From an uncultured Chloroflexia bacterium (GTDB lineage Bacteria > Chloroflexota > Chloroflexia > QHBQ01 > JADMIH01): a DNA stretch of 64,000 bases. Under the pieces are notes generated by a model, which saw only the letters and a program-made list of their open reading frames with translations, did not search any database and had not been told where the DNA came from. A program made the position numbers and the translations under genes. The stretch covers positions 136,238-200,237 of the forward strand of contig CAWCNY010000007.1 of assembly GCA_963797095.1 (NCBI GenBank). The letters run 5' to 3'. Shown in pieces: positions 48,264 to 57,734 of the stretch (the first letter of the stretch is position 1; each line of letters begins with the position of its first letter).

Positions 48264-49121
48264 TCAATAAGGCTCATCCTCACCCGGGTACCATTCATTG
48301 AAGCGAGTGTAGCTGGAGTGCCAGACGCCTTTCTTGAGCATTTTGGCGAGAAGGGGAGCGTAGCGCAGCTTAGCGCCGTACATACGTTCCATGAGAGCAC
48401 CCGCGCCTCGCTGGCGATTCATGTACTGGTCGTAGACGAATAGCTCGCACCGTTCGTTGATCGAGTAGCTGTGGGTGGGGTAGATATCGTCCAGGCCCGC
48501 GAACAGGTCATGCACTCGGGTGCCTATGTTGCCAAACCTGTGGGCTGGCAAGCCTTCTACGACACGCGGATACAGGTCGCGGAAGTCGGCGGTGCGCAAT
48601 TTGTCCAGGATCGCCACAGCCGTGGCTTCGTTCGCCACGCTACGAGACTGTTTCAATACTTCCAGGAGGGCTGTGCGCACGGCGTTAGCAGGGAGAAGAC
48701 CAGTGCTGTATTTGTGCTGGGAGAGTTGTGAGGGATCGAGGGTGGGCCAGGTGTTGGTAGTTTTGGCAAGAGCAACCGCCGATCTGTGCCTGACGGCGGG
48801 GTCTTTGCTCCCGGTCATGCGGAGCAGTGCGCCCAGGGCGCGCTCGACGCCGGTCATGGGCAGGGGACGCACGCCAAGCAATCTGGGCGGCACGACGAGA
48901 TATGGGTCGCGGGCCGCAGTTACGAGGCTCAGCACCAGCAAATCGCTCAGTTGTTCTTCTTCGCCCGCTTCTTCATAGAGGCCCAGACCGACAGCACACA
49001 CCAGGCAACGGTCGCTGTAGGTATGGCGTCCGCAGTATTTACGCCCACATCTGCATTGCGTCTGCGCTTCAATATCGCAGAACCAGCAGGTTGGATGCTC
49101 AGTTGAAACATTTGGGTCCAT
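48264..49121 (-). CDS. Hypothetical protein with an N-terminal Cys/His zinc finger and HEAT-like helical region
   Basis: CWFC-x7-CRC-x4-CGRH-x5-CLVC; DPAVRHRSAVALA; co-oriented between yhbH and spoVR. Confidence 0.75.
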   Translation of the reverse strand: MDPNVSTEHPTCWFCDIEAQTQCRCGRKYCGRHTYSDRCLVCAVGLGLYEEAGEEEQLSDLLVLSLVTAARDPYLVVPPRLLGVRPLPMTGVERALGALLRMTGSKDPAVRHRSAVALAKTTNTWPTLDPSQLSQHKYSTGLLPANAVRTALLEVLKQSRSVANEATAVAILDKLRTADFRDLYPRVVEGLPAHRFGNIGTRVHDLFAGLDDIYPTHSYSINERCELFVYDQYMNRQRGAGALMERMYGAKLRYAPLLAKMLKKGVWHSSYTRFNEWYPGEDEPY

Positions 49122-49173
49122 GTTTGTGATACACGAAGACAACGGACTATAGACGAGGGACGATTATGGTGGC

Positions 49174-50352
49174 CTATGTGGCGGGGACAGGAGATTTGGA
49201 GAAGAAGCGTTGTAGGGCCGGGTAGACGGCTTTCTTGTCGCTAATGGTGACCGTTACAAACTTGGCATCTTCTATCTTGCCGAAGGCGGACATGAGCGTG
49301 CTCGATGAGCCGCGGTAGCCTTCCCGGATCTCGCCATAGCCGAAGAGATTGCATTGGGCGAGTAGCTCTTTGACCATGCGAACGCACACTTCGTTGTCCC
49401 AGGGGAGGTTGTCGCCATCGGAGAAGTGGAAGGGGTAGATGTTCCAGTCTTGGGGCGAGTAGCGCGTGCGGATGATGTCGAGGGCAAGCTCGTATGCCGA
49501 GGAGACCTGGGTGCCGCCCGACTCGCCCCGGTGGAAGAATTCCTCTTCGGTGACCTCGCGGGCTTCGGTGTGGTGAGAGATAAATACTATCTCGACGTTG
49601 TTATACTTGGTTCTGAGGAAGCGGACCATCCAGAAGTAGAAGGAGCGCGCGATATACTTCTCGAACTCACCCATGCTGCCCGACACGTCCATGAGAGCGA
49701 GCACGACGGCGTTCGACTGGTATTCGATGCGTGTCTCCCAGGTCTTGAAGCGAAGGTCGTCGGAGCGGAAATCGCCGACTTGAGCGTTGCCTCGGGCGGC
49801 GTTGCGCTTGATATTTTCAAGGAGGGTGCGCTTCTTGTCGAGGTTGGACATTGAGCCTTTTTTGCGTATGTCGGAGAATCGGAGGGTTTCGGATTCAACC
49901 TCTTTGATGCGCTTTTCCTGGAGGTTGGGCAACTCCAGGTCCTGGAAGATAAGAGCCGCGAGTTCATCGACTGATACCTCAGCTTCGTAGTATTCAGAGC
50001 CGGGTTCGTCGCCTGCCGGACTCTGGCCTTTGCCTGGGCCTTTCTGACCTTGGTTTCCGGCACGTCCGATCACATCGCCCACCTGCGAGTCGCCCTCGCC
50101 GGAGCCGGTGTTCTTGCCGGTGTTGTAGTCGTAGCGGAAGCGGTATTCCTCGAGAGAGCGCATGGGGACTTTGATGGTGCGCTTGCCGTCGGAGAGGATG
50201 ATGTTTTCCTCAGAGACTATACCAGGCAGGTTCTCTTTGATGGCTTCGCGGATGCGGTCTTTGTGGCGCTGTTGGTCAACCGGCCCTTTGCGGTGGAGGG
50301 ACCAGTCGTGCTGCGAGATCGACATCTGGGGTATGGAATGGTTTATGACCAT
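49174..50352 (-). CDS. yhbH: YhbH/YeaH family (UPF0229, vWA-like) protein
   Basis: DWSLHRKG, LELPNL, MIDAS-like MDVSGSM, ESGGT, FSDGDN. Confidence 0.95.
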   Translation of the reverse strand: MVINHSIPQMSISQHDWSLHRKGPVDQQRHKDRIREAIKENLPGIVSEENIILSDGKRTIKVPMRSLEEYRFRYDYNTGKNTGSGEGDSQVGDVIGRAGNQGQKGPGKGQSPAGDEPGSEYYEAEVSVDELAALIFQDLELPNLQEKRIKEVESETLRFSDIRKKGSMSNLDKKRTLLENIKRNAARGNAQVGDFRSDDLRFKTWETRIEYQSNAVVLALMDVSGSMGEFEKYIARSFYFWMVRFLRTKYNNVEIVFISHHTEAREVTEEEFFHRGESGGTQVSSAYELALDIIRTRYSPQDWNIYPFHFSDGDNLPWDNEVCVRMVKELLAQCNLFGYGEIREGYRGSSSTLMSAFGKIEDAKFVTVTISDKKAVYPALQRFFSKSPVPAT

Positions 50353-50368
50353 TGTGGGTACTTTCTGG

Positions 50369-50418
50369 CGAGTAACGAGTAACGAGTAACGAGTAACGAG
50401 TAACGAGTAACGAGTAAC
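50369..50418. repeat. Heptamer tandem repeat (CGAGTAA)x7 with inverted partner TTACTCGTTACTC at 50440-50452
   Basis: Read directly; lies between the prkA stop and the yhbH start. Confidence 0.95.
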
Positions 50419-50470
50419 CTATTGCATAGTTCGTATCGCTTACTCGTTACTCTTCCTAACGTATCACGTT

Positions 50471-52366
50471 CTATCTGTTGAGCAGTGAGCCTACGTATTG
50501 TAATAGCGCATTGGCGCAGGTTGCGCAATAGCCATGATCGGCTACTAAGCGGTCGATTACGTCGTTGATGCGGCGTAGCTGCTCCTGGTCGGGGGTTTTG
50601 ACGGAGGTGGTGATCTTTACTACGTCGCGGAGATCAGCGAAGAGCTTCTTCTCGATGGCTTCGCGCAGGCGCTCATGGGAGCGATAGTCGAACTGTTGGC
50701 CCCGGCGTGCCAGGCTGGATATACGGATAAGTATTTCTTCGCGGAAGGACTTGCGCTGGGTGTCGCCAACCCCGATCTGCTCCTCTATGGATTTCATCAG
50801 GCCCTCATCAGGCTCCATCTCTTCGTCCGTGAGAGGATCGCGGAGCTTGCTGTGGTTGCAGTAGGCTTCGACGTTGTCGAGGTAGTTGTTGAGAAGGGTA
50901 CGAGCCGACTCCTCAAAGGAATAGACGAACGCCTTCTGCACCTCGCGCTTGGCAATTTCGTCGTACTCTTTGCGCGCCTCGCCGAGCAGGTTGAGATAGT
51001 GCTCGCGCTGCTCGCGGGTTACGGAGGTGTGCTGCTCCAGGCCATCGCGGAGGGCACGCAGGGCGTCGATGGGGTTGATACAGGTCACACCTTCCCGCAC
51101 CAGGGCGCTCGACAGGCGGTTGATCACATAGCGGGGGGAGATGCCGTCCATCCCTTCGCGGTCGGACTCTTCCTGTAGCTCCTTGAGATCCTTCTGCTTG
51201 AATCCGTCCACGTCCTCGCCGTCGTAGAGCTTGAGCTTCTTCATGGCGGTCATGCCCGCCTTCTTGGAAGGCTCCAGTCGAGTGAGTACCGCAAAAATAG
51301 AGGCGATATCGAGGGTGTGGGGGGAGATGTGGACGTTCTGGAGGGCGCTCTGCTTCAGGAGCTTATCGTAGATACGCACCTCGTCGCTGATGCGAAGGTT
51401 GTAGGGAACTTTGACGAGGATGATGCGGTCTTGCAAGGCCTCGCTCTTTTTGTTGCCGACGAAGGTCTTGTACTCGGTCTCATTGGTGTGGGAGACTACG
51501 ACCTCGTCGGCGTAGATCATAGAGAAGCGTCCGGTCTTGATGTTCTGCTCCTGTGAGAGAGTGAGGAGTACGTAAAGGAAACGCTCGTCTACTTTCAACA
51601 TCTCGATAAACTCGCACATACCCCGGTTGGCTACGTTTAGCTCGCCGTCGAAGCGATAGGCTCGTGGATCGCTCTCGGAGCCGTATTCACCTATGGTGGA
51701 GAGATCTATGGAGCCTGTTAGCTCAGAGACATCCTGGCTTTTGGGGTCGGATGGGGAGAAAGTGCCGATACCCATGCGCTTCTTTTCGGAGAAGGCGATA
51801 CGGCGTACAGGGACGCGCTCAATATGTCCCTCGTAGGTGTGTTCCAGGTCGAACCGACAGCGGGGGCAAAGGTCGCCTTCGATGTAGATATCGTATTCGC
51901 GTCGAATATCGTCGCGCAATTCCATTGGGATCAGGTGCAAAGGCTCCTCATGCATAGGACAGGAGGCGATGGCGTATATGGCACCCTCCTCGGTGCGCGT
52001 GTAGGCCTCCAGCCCACGCTTGAGCAGGGAGACTATGGTGGACTTGCCACCTCCCACAGGACCCATGAGGAGGAGGATACGCTTGCGGACTTCGAGCCTC
52101 TGCGCACCTGAACTGAAGTATTCCACGATCTGCTGGATAGCTTTGTCCAGTCCGAAGATCTCACCATCGAAGAACTGGTAGTGAGGCAGCCCAATTCGCC
52201 CCTCTTCCACACCGGTTTGCATGATCATATCGTAGATGCGCGCATGCGATAGCTGGGCCAACTTCGGGTTGGCGGTCACTATCTTGAAATAATCCTCGAA
52301 GGTGCCAGACCAGGTCAGCGCTTGCTCTTGCGCTCTGAACTCTTCAAGCTTCTTAATAAGGTCCAT
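50471..52366 (-). CDS. prkA: PrkA/YeaG family AAA+ serine protein kinase
   Basis: Walker A GPVGGGKST, CPMHEEP, SDPRAY, ANRG..EFIEMLK, GMDGISPR. Confidence 0.96.
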   Translation of the reverse strand: MDLIKKLEEFRAQEQALTWSGTFEDYFKIVTANPKLAQLSHARIYDMIMQTGVEEGRIGLPHYQFFDGEIFGLDKAIQQIVEYFSSGAQRLEVRKRILLLMGPVGGGKSTIVSLLKRGLEAYTRTEEGAIYAIASCPMHEEPLHLIPMELRDDIRREYDIYIEGDLCPRCRFDLEHTYEGHIERVPVRRIAFSEKKRMGIGTFSPSDPKSQDVSELTGSIDLSTIGEYGSESDPRAYRFDGELNVANRGMCEFIEMLKVDERFLYVLLTLSQEQNIKTGRFSMIYADEVVVSHTNETEYKTFVGNKKSEALQDRIILVKVPYNLRISDEVRIYDKLLKQSALQNVHISPHTLDIASIFAVLTRLEPSKKAGMTAMKKLKLYDGEDVDGFKQKDLKELQEESDREGMDGISPRYVINRLSSALVREGVTCINPIDALRALRDGLEQHTSVTREQREHYLNLLGEARKEYDEIAKREVQKAFVYSFEESARTLLNNYLDNVEAYCNHSKLRDPLTDEEMEPDEGLMKSIEEQIGVGDTQRKSFREEILIRISSLARRGQQFDYRSHERLREAIEKKLFADLRDVVKITTSVKTPDQEQLRRINDVIDRLVADHGYCATCANALLQYVGSLLNR

Positions 52367-53212
52367 ACCTTTGTCCTTTCCCGATGAACTTTCCTTTCCG
52401 ATGACTTTGCTTGCTGCCGCCTTTTGTTGCTTGAGTTAAGAGCGTATCAAAGGGTGCAAGTAACCCAGGGTAGGAGCGTCATTGCTGGCGCTACCCTTTT
52501 GTGGCGACTGTGTTATTTAGTTGTAGGTGGTGGAATGACCCTCTAACAGTGAGGGCTTGGCTGGTTTGCCTGGTGTATGTAGCGTGTAAGCCCGAAACAG
52601 GATGAAGGCTAGCCATGCTCCCCGGTGAAGCATTGGCCTCTGATCCGGGCGTTGGAGGTGGAACGTGCTGCTTCTGCTTCCGTTACCTCGTTTACATCTT
52701 GCGATGCAAAACACTCCCAGGGGATACGGTCACACTCTGGGAGCAAGAAAAGTGCCGATTAGTGTCCCGTTTGGTGCGGAACCGGCCCCTATTAACCTAT
52801 TCGGTTATATATGTATGTTACCAGAGACCCCGCAATGTGCGCAAGTTTTCCACCAGGTATCATTCGGCTAACTCTTGGCTGACAAAAGGGCTAATCAAGT
52901 GAAGAGTGTTTGTAAGGAGGTCGGGCGCCCACAATTTGTGTTTGGCGGTTCGCCTTACCAGTGTAACGAAGACTGCTAGAGCAGGTTGCATGCCACACTT
53001 TTGCGTATCTGCGTGGAGGCTTCTCACTGTTATGTACGCAGTGGTTTGCACTACCGTTGCACCATCTACCCTTATACTCATGTTTTGGTGCCTGGGTGGT
53101 TCATTTTCTTGCTTAAGGTCTCCGGCTGGGGTTAGAATGTCAGCACCGCCCAGGGAGCCAGGTACTACAGGCGGCATTTCGACAATGGGGGAGCATTGAC
53201 GTAGAAAAGAGC

Positions 53213-54499
53213 ATGTTCAGGCACACAGCCGGTTTCAGAAAGTGCTTATTGACGGTGGTAGTGGTGCTGCTTCTGACGGCCTGTGGCACAGAGCCTATCG
53301 CCACTCCTTCACAATCTACGGCCACCGCGGCAATTGCTGTAGTCACGCATACCCCTGGCACGGGCACAGAAATAACCGCCACCGCAAGCGCCGGTGTGAC
53401 AGAGGCACCAAGCGTCACCGGTGTAGATGCAGGTGGCGAGGTGAAGATAGGGTTCGCATTTGCTATGAGTGGTGACAATTCTGTGTATGGCATGTCGCAG
53501 AAGGCCGCTGCTCAGATGGCGCTTGACGAGATCAACGCGATGGGGACCGGGCCCAGACTGATCGGCATATTTGAGGATACGGGGGGCAAGCCTGAGCAGG
53601 CGCTTGAAGTGTTCCAAGAGTTCATCAATGACGATAATGTGGAGGCGATAATCGGGCCGACTCTCAGTAACGAAGCCAAAATAACAGATCCCCAGGCCCA
53701 GGAAGCCAGGGTTCCAGTGCTGGCGGTATCAAACACGGCGAGCGGTATCACCGATATTGGCGATTACATCTTCAGGGATTCGCTGGCCGAGTCGCAGGTG
53801 ATCCCGGAGACGATCAAGGAGGCTAAAGAGAAGCTGGATATTGAGAAGGTAGTGCTGTTGTATGCCAGCGATGATGCTTTCAGCAAGTCAGGAGCGGATG
53901 TGTTCCGCGCGGAGCTACAGAAGAACGGTATCGAGATATTGAGCGAGCAGACATTCGGGACGAACGATACAGATTTCAAGGCGCAACTGAGCGCGGCGAA
54001 GGCGGCAGGCCCCGACGCGATTGTGGTGTCGGGGTTGATCAACCCGGCCAAGTTGATCGTGCGACAAGCGCGAGAGGATGTTGGGATCGATCCTGGTGTG
54101 CATATCATCGGGGGCAATGGGTTCAATTCTCCTGCGCTGATCGCCGATACAGATGGAGCAGCCGAAGGGGTGATAGTGGGGTCGGCGTGGACCGCTGTTT
54201 CGGGGGAGGTGTTGAGCCAGCAGTTTATTGAGAACTTCAGGAAGGCCAACGGGCTAGACCCGGACCAGTTCGCGGCTCAGGCGCACGCAGGGGTTTACAT
54301 AATGTATGACGCGATCAAGCGCGCCAATGTCGAGGGAAAATCGCTTGAAGATGCACGCACCGCCGTCCGCGATGCTCTCAGGGGCACGAGTGATTTGCCG
54401 ACTGTGCTTGGGGATTTTTCGTTTACCGACAGACGCGATGCTAAACATCCGCCTATAGTGCAGATCGTCGAGAACGGCAGGTTCGCACTGCTGAAATGA
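53213..54499 (+). CDS. Branched-chain amino acid ABC transporter substrate-binding lipoprotein (LivJ/K family)
   Basis: Lipobox LTAC; IIGPTLS, YIFRDS, GGNGFNSP, PDQFAAQA. Confidence 0.92.
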   Translation: MFRHTAGFRKCLLTVVVVLLLTACGTEPIATPSQSTATAAIAVVTHTPGTGTEITATASAGVTEAPSVTGVDAGGEVKIGFAFAMSGDNSVYGMSQKAAAQMALDEINAMGTGPRLIGIFEDTGGKPEQALEVFQEFINDDNVEAIIGPTLSNEAKITDPQAQEARVPVLAVSNTASGITDIGDYIFRDSLAESQVIPETIKEAKEKLDIEKVVLLYASDDAFSKSGADVFRAELQKNGIEILSEQTFGTNDTDFKAQLSAAKAAGPDAIVVSGLINPAKLIVRQAREDVGIDPGVHIIGGNGFNSPALIADTDGAAEGVIVGSAWTAVSGEVLSQQFIENFRKANGLDPDQFAAQAHAGVYIMYDAIKRANVEGKSLEDARTAVRDALRGTSDLPTVLGDFSFTDRRDAKHPPIVQIVENGRFALLK

Positions 54500-54511
54500 A
54501 TTGTTCAGTGA

Positions 54512-57433
54512 ATGATACCTCGGCGATCCTGCATTTCGAGCAGGGCATATTTGGGGGTAGCGCGGGACGTGTTGGCTAAATATCGCCTTAGCCAGCCTGG
54601 AGCACTGGCTTTCCTGGCAGCGCTCTTGCCGATGGCAATATGGGCACTGCTCACGCTGATACGAGGCGTGGACCTTCGGGATTTCGAGCAGCACATCCAC
54701 AACGGCGACCCCGGCAAGCTCAAGACCCCAATCCTGGCGCAGAGTTTTGTCAGCACACACGACAATATCAGCCGCGTAGAATTGCAACTGAATACGCCGA
54801 TCGCTCGCACGCTTCCGGCGGACCTGGGCACATGGCTTGGGAGGGGAGAGGGGCCGGATAGCATGTCGCTGGATGGGTCGGTGCAGGGCGTATCGAAGGT
54901 CATAAGCGATACAAGCGGCTTCTATCTGTCGGTGGCTTTTCCGCCTGTGCAAGACTCGGCGGGGGTAACATATACGTTTCTGTTGAAGACGCCAGGGTAT
55001 TCGGTCAATTCGGTGATGAGTCCGGCGTGGTCCACGGTCGACGCGCTCTCGTCGGGCGCAATGTACACGGAGGACGGGGCGCAGGGTGGGGACCTTGCTA
55101 TCACCGTCTATTACCGCTACACGCTTTACACGATGATGGGCGACGTGTGGGACGCGATCACAGGGCACTGGTTCGAGATATTCGCCTGGTTGGCGGTGCT
55201 CTTGCTGCCGGGGTTGGCACTGCTGGTCTGGATGCCCAACGGGCTGAACGGCGGCCAGAGGATGCTGGCCGCTCCCGGACTATCGGCGTTGCTCTTGCCG
55301 ACCGTTATGCTGCTGGCGAGTTTGATCGGGCTGCCTATCGGGACGAACAAGCTGTGGGTGTTGCTGGTGTTGTGCGCGCTGGCGATTGGGGTTCGGGTCG
55401 CACTCGTATGGCGAGGGAGGCCGACAGGGGAGTGGCGGCAGGTGGACCGCCACTCTGTGGTATTCTGGCTAACTTTCGCGGCAGTCACAGTTGTGACGAT
55501 CATTACACGGCTCGTCTCGCTACGCGACCTGGAGGCGGGGGTGGGCATGGACGCCTACCACCACACGATGGTCACGGCGCTGTTTGTGCGCGACAGCGGC
55601 ATACCTCCTGGATACGAGCCGTTCGTGCCACTTACTTCGTTTACTTATCACTTTGGGTTCCATACATTGTCAGCTGTGATGGCGTGGCTGACGGGGACCA
55701 CGCAGATCGCTGACTTGATGACGCTGGTGCCCAGGGTGGGGCAGATCGCGGGTAGTGTGCTGCCTATTCCCGCACTTACCCTGTTCGGATGGAGGGTACT
55801 GGGCAACCGTTGGGTTGGACTGGTTGCGGGGGCGCTGGCGGGGCTGGTGAGTGTAGTTCCTGCTTTCTATGTCGAATGGTCGCGGTACACACAGGGGCTT
55901 GGCCTGGCTGTGCTGCCTGTGGCATGGGTGCTGTTTGTAGAGGCGGTCGGGGCACCGATAAAGGGTGTGCAATGGGGGGCTGTGGGCAATCGTGCCGTCC
56001 TCAACCGGGTTTCCGCGATTGTGCTTGCAGTAATTGGTGCAGCAGGGTTGTTCCTTACTCACTACAGGATCATTGTGCTTTACGCGGGTTTTGTCGCATT
56101 GTACGTGCTGTGGATCACCTTTATAGATGGGTTTTCAGGGGCTACTCGCTCATTCAGGTTTTACGTTTCACGATTCTTGTTGTATGCCTCGCGTACCGCA
56201 CTTGTGGGAATACTCAGCTTGATCCTGGTATCTCCCTGGCTGATCAACTTCGCCAGCAATTTCGTCAAGAACTCCATCGACAGAAATACCCCCGACATGA
56301 ACCTCTATTTTGAGACGGCAGGACGGCTTGGCGCGCCGGTGTTGAACGATCCATCGCTGGCGATCCTGGCCGATCTGTGCGCGTTGGGGCTGGCTATGCT
56401 GGGGAGGAGGTTGTGGTGGCGCTCACTGGCGGGGCTTACGTTGGGTTTTGTGGGGGGTGTGGTCGCGCTTGGTTTTACGCTGTATGTGTGGGTGAGCCAC
56501 AATCCGAGCAAGCTGGAAGCTAACCTGCAAACAGGTTTTCTATGGCTGTCACCTGTCACATGGTCCCTGCTGTTGGAGATAGGTATCGTATGTGCTCTAT
56601 TAATCGGGGGAGCGGCCCGGCTGGTGCGGGGGGCTATCAGTCGGGAGGCTGTGGTTGCTCTGCCGGTGGTTGTGTGGCTTATGCTGGCACTGGGGTCAAG
56701 CCCGCAGCTTCTACCTTTCCGCCTGCCGTTTGTTGGCTATCTGGACTCGGTTACGCTTGCATCAAGCGCCTGGCTGCCTGCCTGTTTGCTGGCAGCCTAC
56801 GCAGTAGTGACGGTATGGCAGTGGCTTACACGGCTGGCGGCTGGCAGGCGATGGCTAATCATACCCGCCCCGCCCAAAGCCCAAAGCCTGGATCGAAGGC
56901 CGTCTTTTGTCGACCGCCTATCGCCCTATGTGCTGCCGGTTACTGTGGCTGTTGTCTCGCTGGGGATTATCGCATCGGGCCTGACGCTTGCGCCGATAAA
57001 GGAGCGCAGGCAATATATCGAACCGGCGGATATGGGGGCACTGACGTGGATGCGCGATAACCTACCTCGCGACAGCTATGTGCTTGTGGGAACGTTCAAA
57101 TTTGCGTGGTCACCTACTCAGCCACTGGGGCTAGATTCGGGGTTGTGGATACCGTTGGTGGCGGGCGTGAGATCGTCGGTGCCGTCGATCAACGCTTATA
57201 ATGAGAAGCCTCGCGATCCGCAGTATTTCAGCGAGGCGCTGGCGCTATCGGGATACATGCCGTTGCCTGGCACGGAGGAGAGTTGGCAGGCCCTGAAGGC
57301 GCAGGGGATAACGCATATCTACGTTGGCACCCGGTCAGCGGGGGATGGGTTCTCGATGTCCGATCTGTTGAAGGATGATCACGTGCAGTTGATCTACCAT
57401 AGAGATGCCGTGTGGCTATTTCGGTTGCTCTGA
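54512..57433 (+). CDS. Large polytopic membrane protein, GT-C-like; start uncertain
   Basis: >15 hydrophobic segments; GMDAYHH, FTYHFGFH, WSRYTQ, DSGLWIP, GITHIYVG. Confidence 0.75.
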   Translation: MIPRRSCISSRAYLGVARDVLAKYRLSQPGALAFLAALLPMAIWALLTLIRGVDLRDFEQHIHNGDPGKLKTPILAQSFVSTHDNISRVELQLNTPIARTLPADLGTWLGRGEGPDSMSLDGSVQGVSKVISDTSGFYLSVAFPPVQDSAGVTYTFLLKTPGYSVNSVMSPAWSTVDALSSGAMYTEDGAQGGDLAITVYYRYTLYTMMGDVWDAITGHWFEIFAWLAVLLLPGLALLVWMPNGLNGGQRMLAAPGLSALLLPTVMLLASLIGLPIGTNKLWVLLVLCALAIGVRVALVWRGRPTGEWRQVDRHSVVFWLTFAAVTVVTIITRLVSLRDLEAGVGMDAYHHTMVTALFVRDSGIPPGYEPFVPLTSFTYHFGFHTLSAVMAWLTGTTQIADLMTLVPRVGQIAGSVLPIPALTLFGWRVLGNRWVGLVAGALAGLVSVVPAFYVEWSRYTQGLGLAVLPVAWVLFVEAVGAPIKGVQWGAVGNRAVLNRVSAIVLAVIGAAGLFLTHYRIIVLYAGFVALYVLWITFIDGFSGATRSFRFYVSRFLLYASRTALVGILSLILVSPWLINFASNFVKNSIDRNTPDMNLYFETAGRLGAPVLNDPSLAILADLCALGLAMLGRRLWWRSLAGLTLGFVGGVVALGFTLYVWVSHNPSKLEANLQTGFLWLSPVTWSLLLEIGIVCALLIGGAARLVRGAISREAVVALPVVVWLMLALGSSPQLLPFRLPFVGYLDSVTLASSAWLPACLLAAYAVVTVWQWLTRLAAGRRWLIIPAPPKAQSLDRRPSFVDRLSPYVLPVTVAVVSLGIIASGLTLAPIKERRQYIEPADMGALTWMRDNLPRDSYVLVGTFKFAWSPTQPLGLDSGLWIPLVAGVRSSVPSINAYNEKPRDPQYFSEALALSGYMPLPGTEESWQALKAQGITHIYVGTRSAGDGFSMSDLLKDDHVQLIYHRDAVWLFRLL

Positions 57434-57448
57434 CGATTTGCAGTACAG

Positions 57449-57731
57449 GATGCGATATGAGCGAAGCGAGTTATTGGAAGAAACGAGATATGTATCGGAA
57501 GAGTGGTCGCACCTGGGTACCTTTGTTGTGGATGCGAACAGGCGGGTAAGCTGGGCACACATCTTTATGGCCCGGCACGCGCACAATGTGGGTAGGGTGG
57601 ATAACGACGATCTGGAGCGCGTCGAGTTGAAGTGGGTTTCGGTAGAGGAAGCCGGCGCCGCCCTTCGCGACGGGCGCGTGGGGATCATAAGCTCGGCGAT
57701 GGCGCTTGCGCTGGCTTTGCCTCTCCTTTAG
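57449..57731 (+). pseudogene. C-terminal remnant of a NUDIX hydrolase
   Basis: Partial, degenerate Nudix box (ELLEETRY) then LGTFVVDANR...AHIFMAR...DDLE; the N-terminal half is missing. Confidence 0.6.
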
Positions 57732-57734
57732 GGG

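Noticed and set aside
10312-50418. Tandem arrays as CRISPR repeats
   Set aside because: Units are 7 bp with no spacers, and there are no cas genes in the window
52517-53199. Short ORFs in the prkA-livK intergenic region
   Set aside because: No RBS or motifs, atypical composition, and they overlap each other
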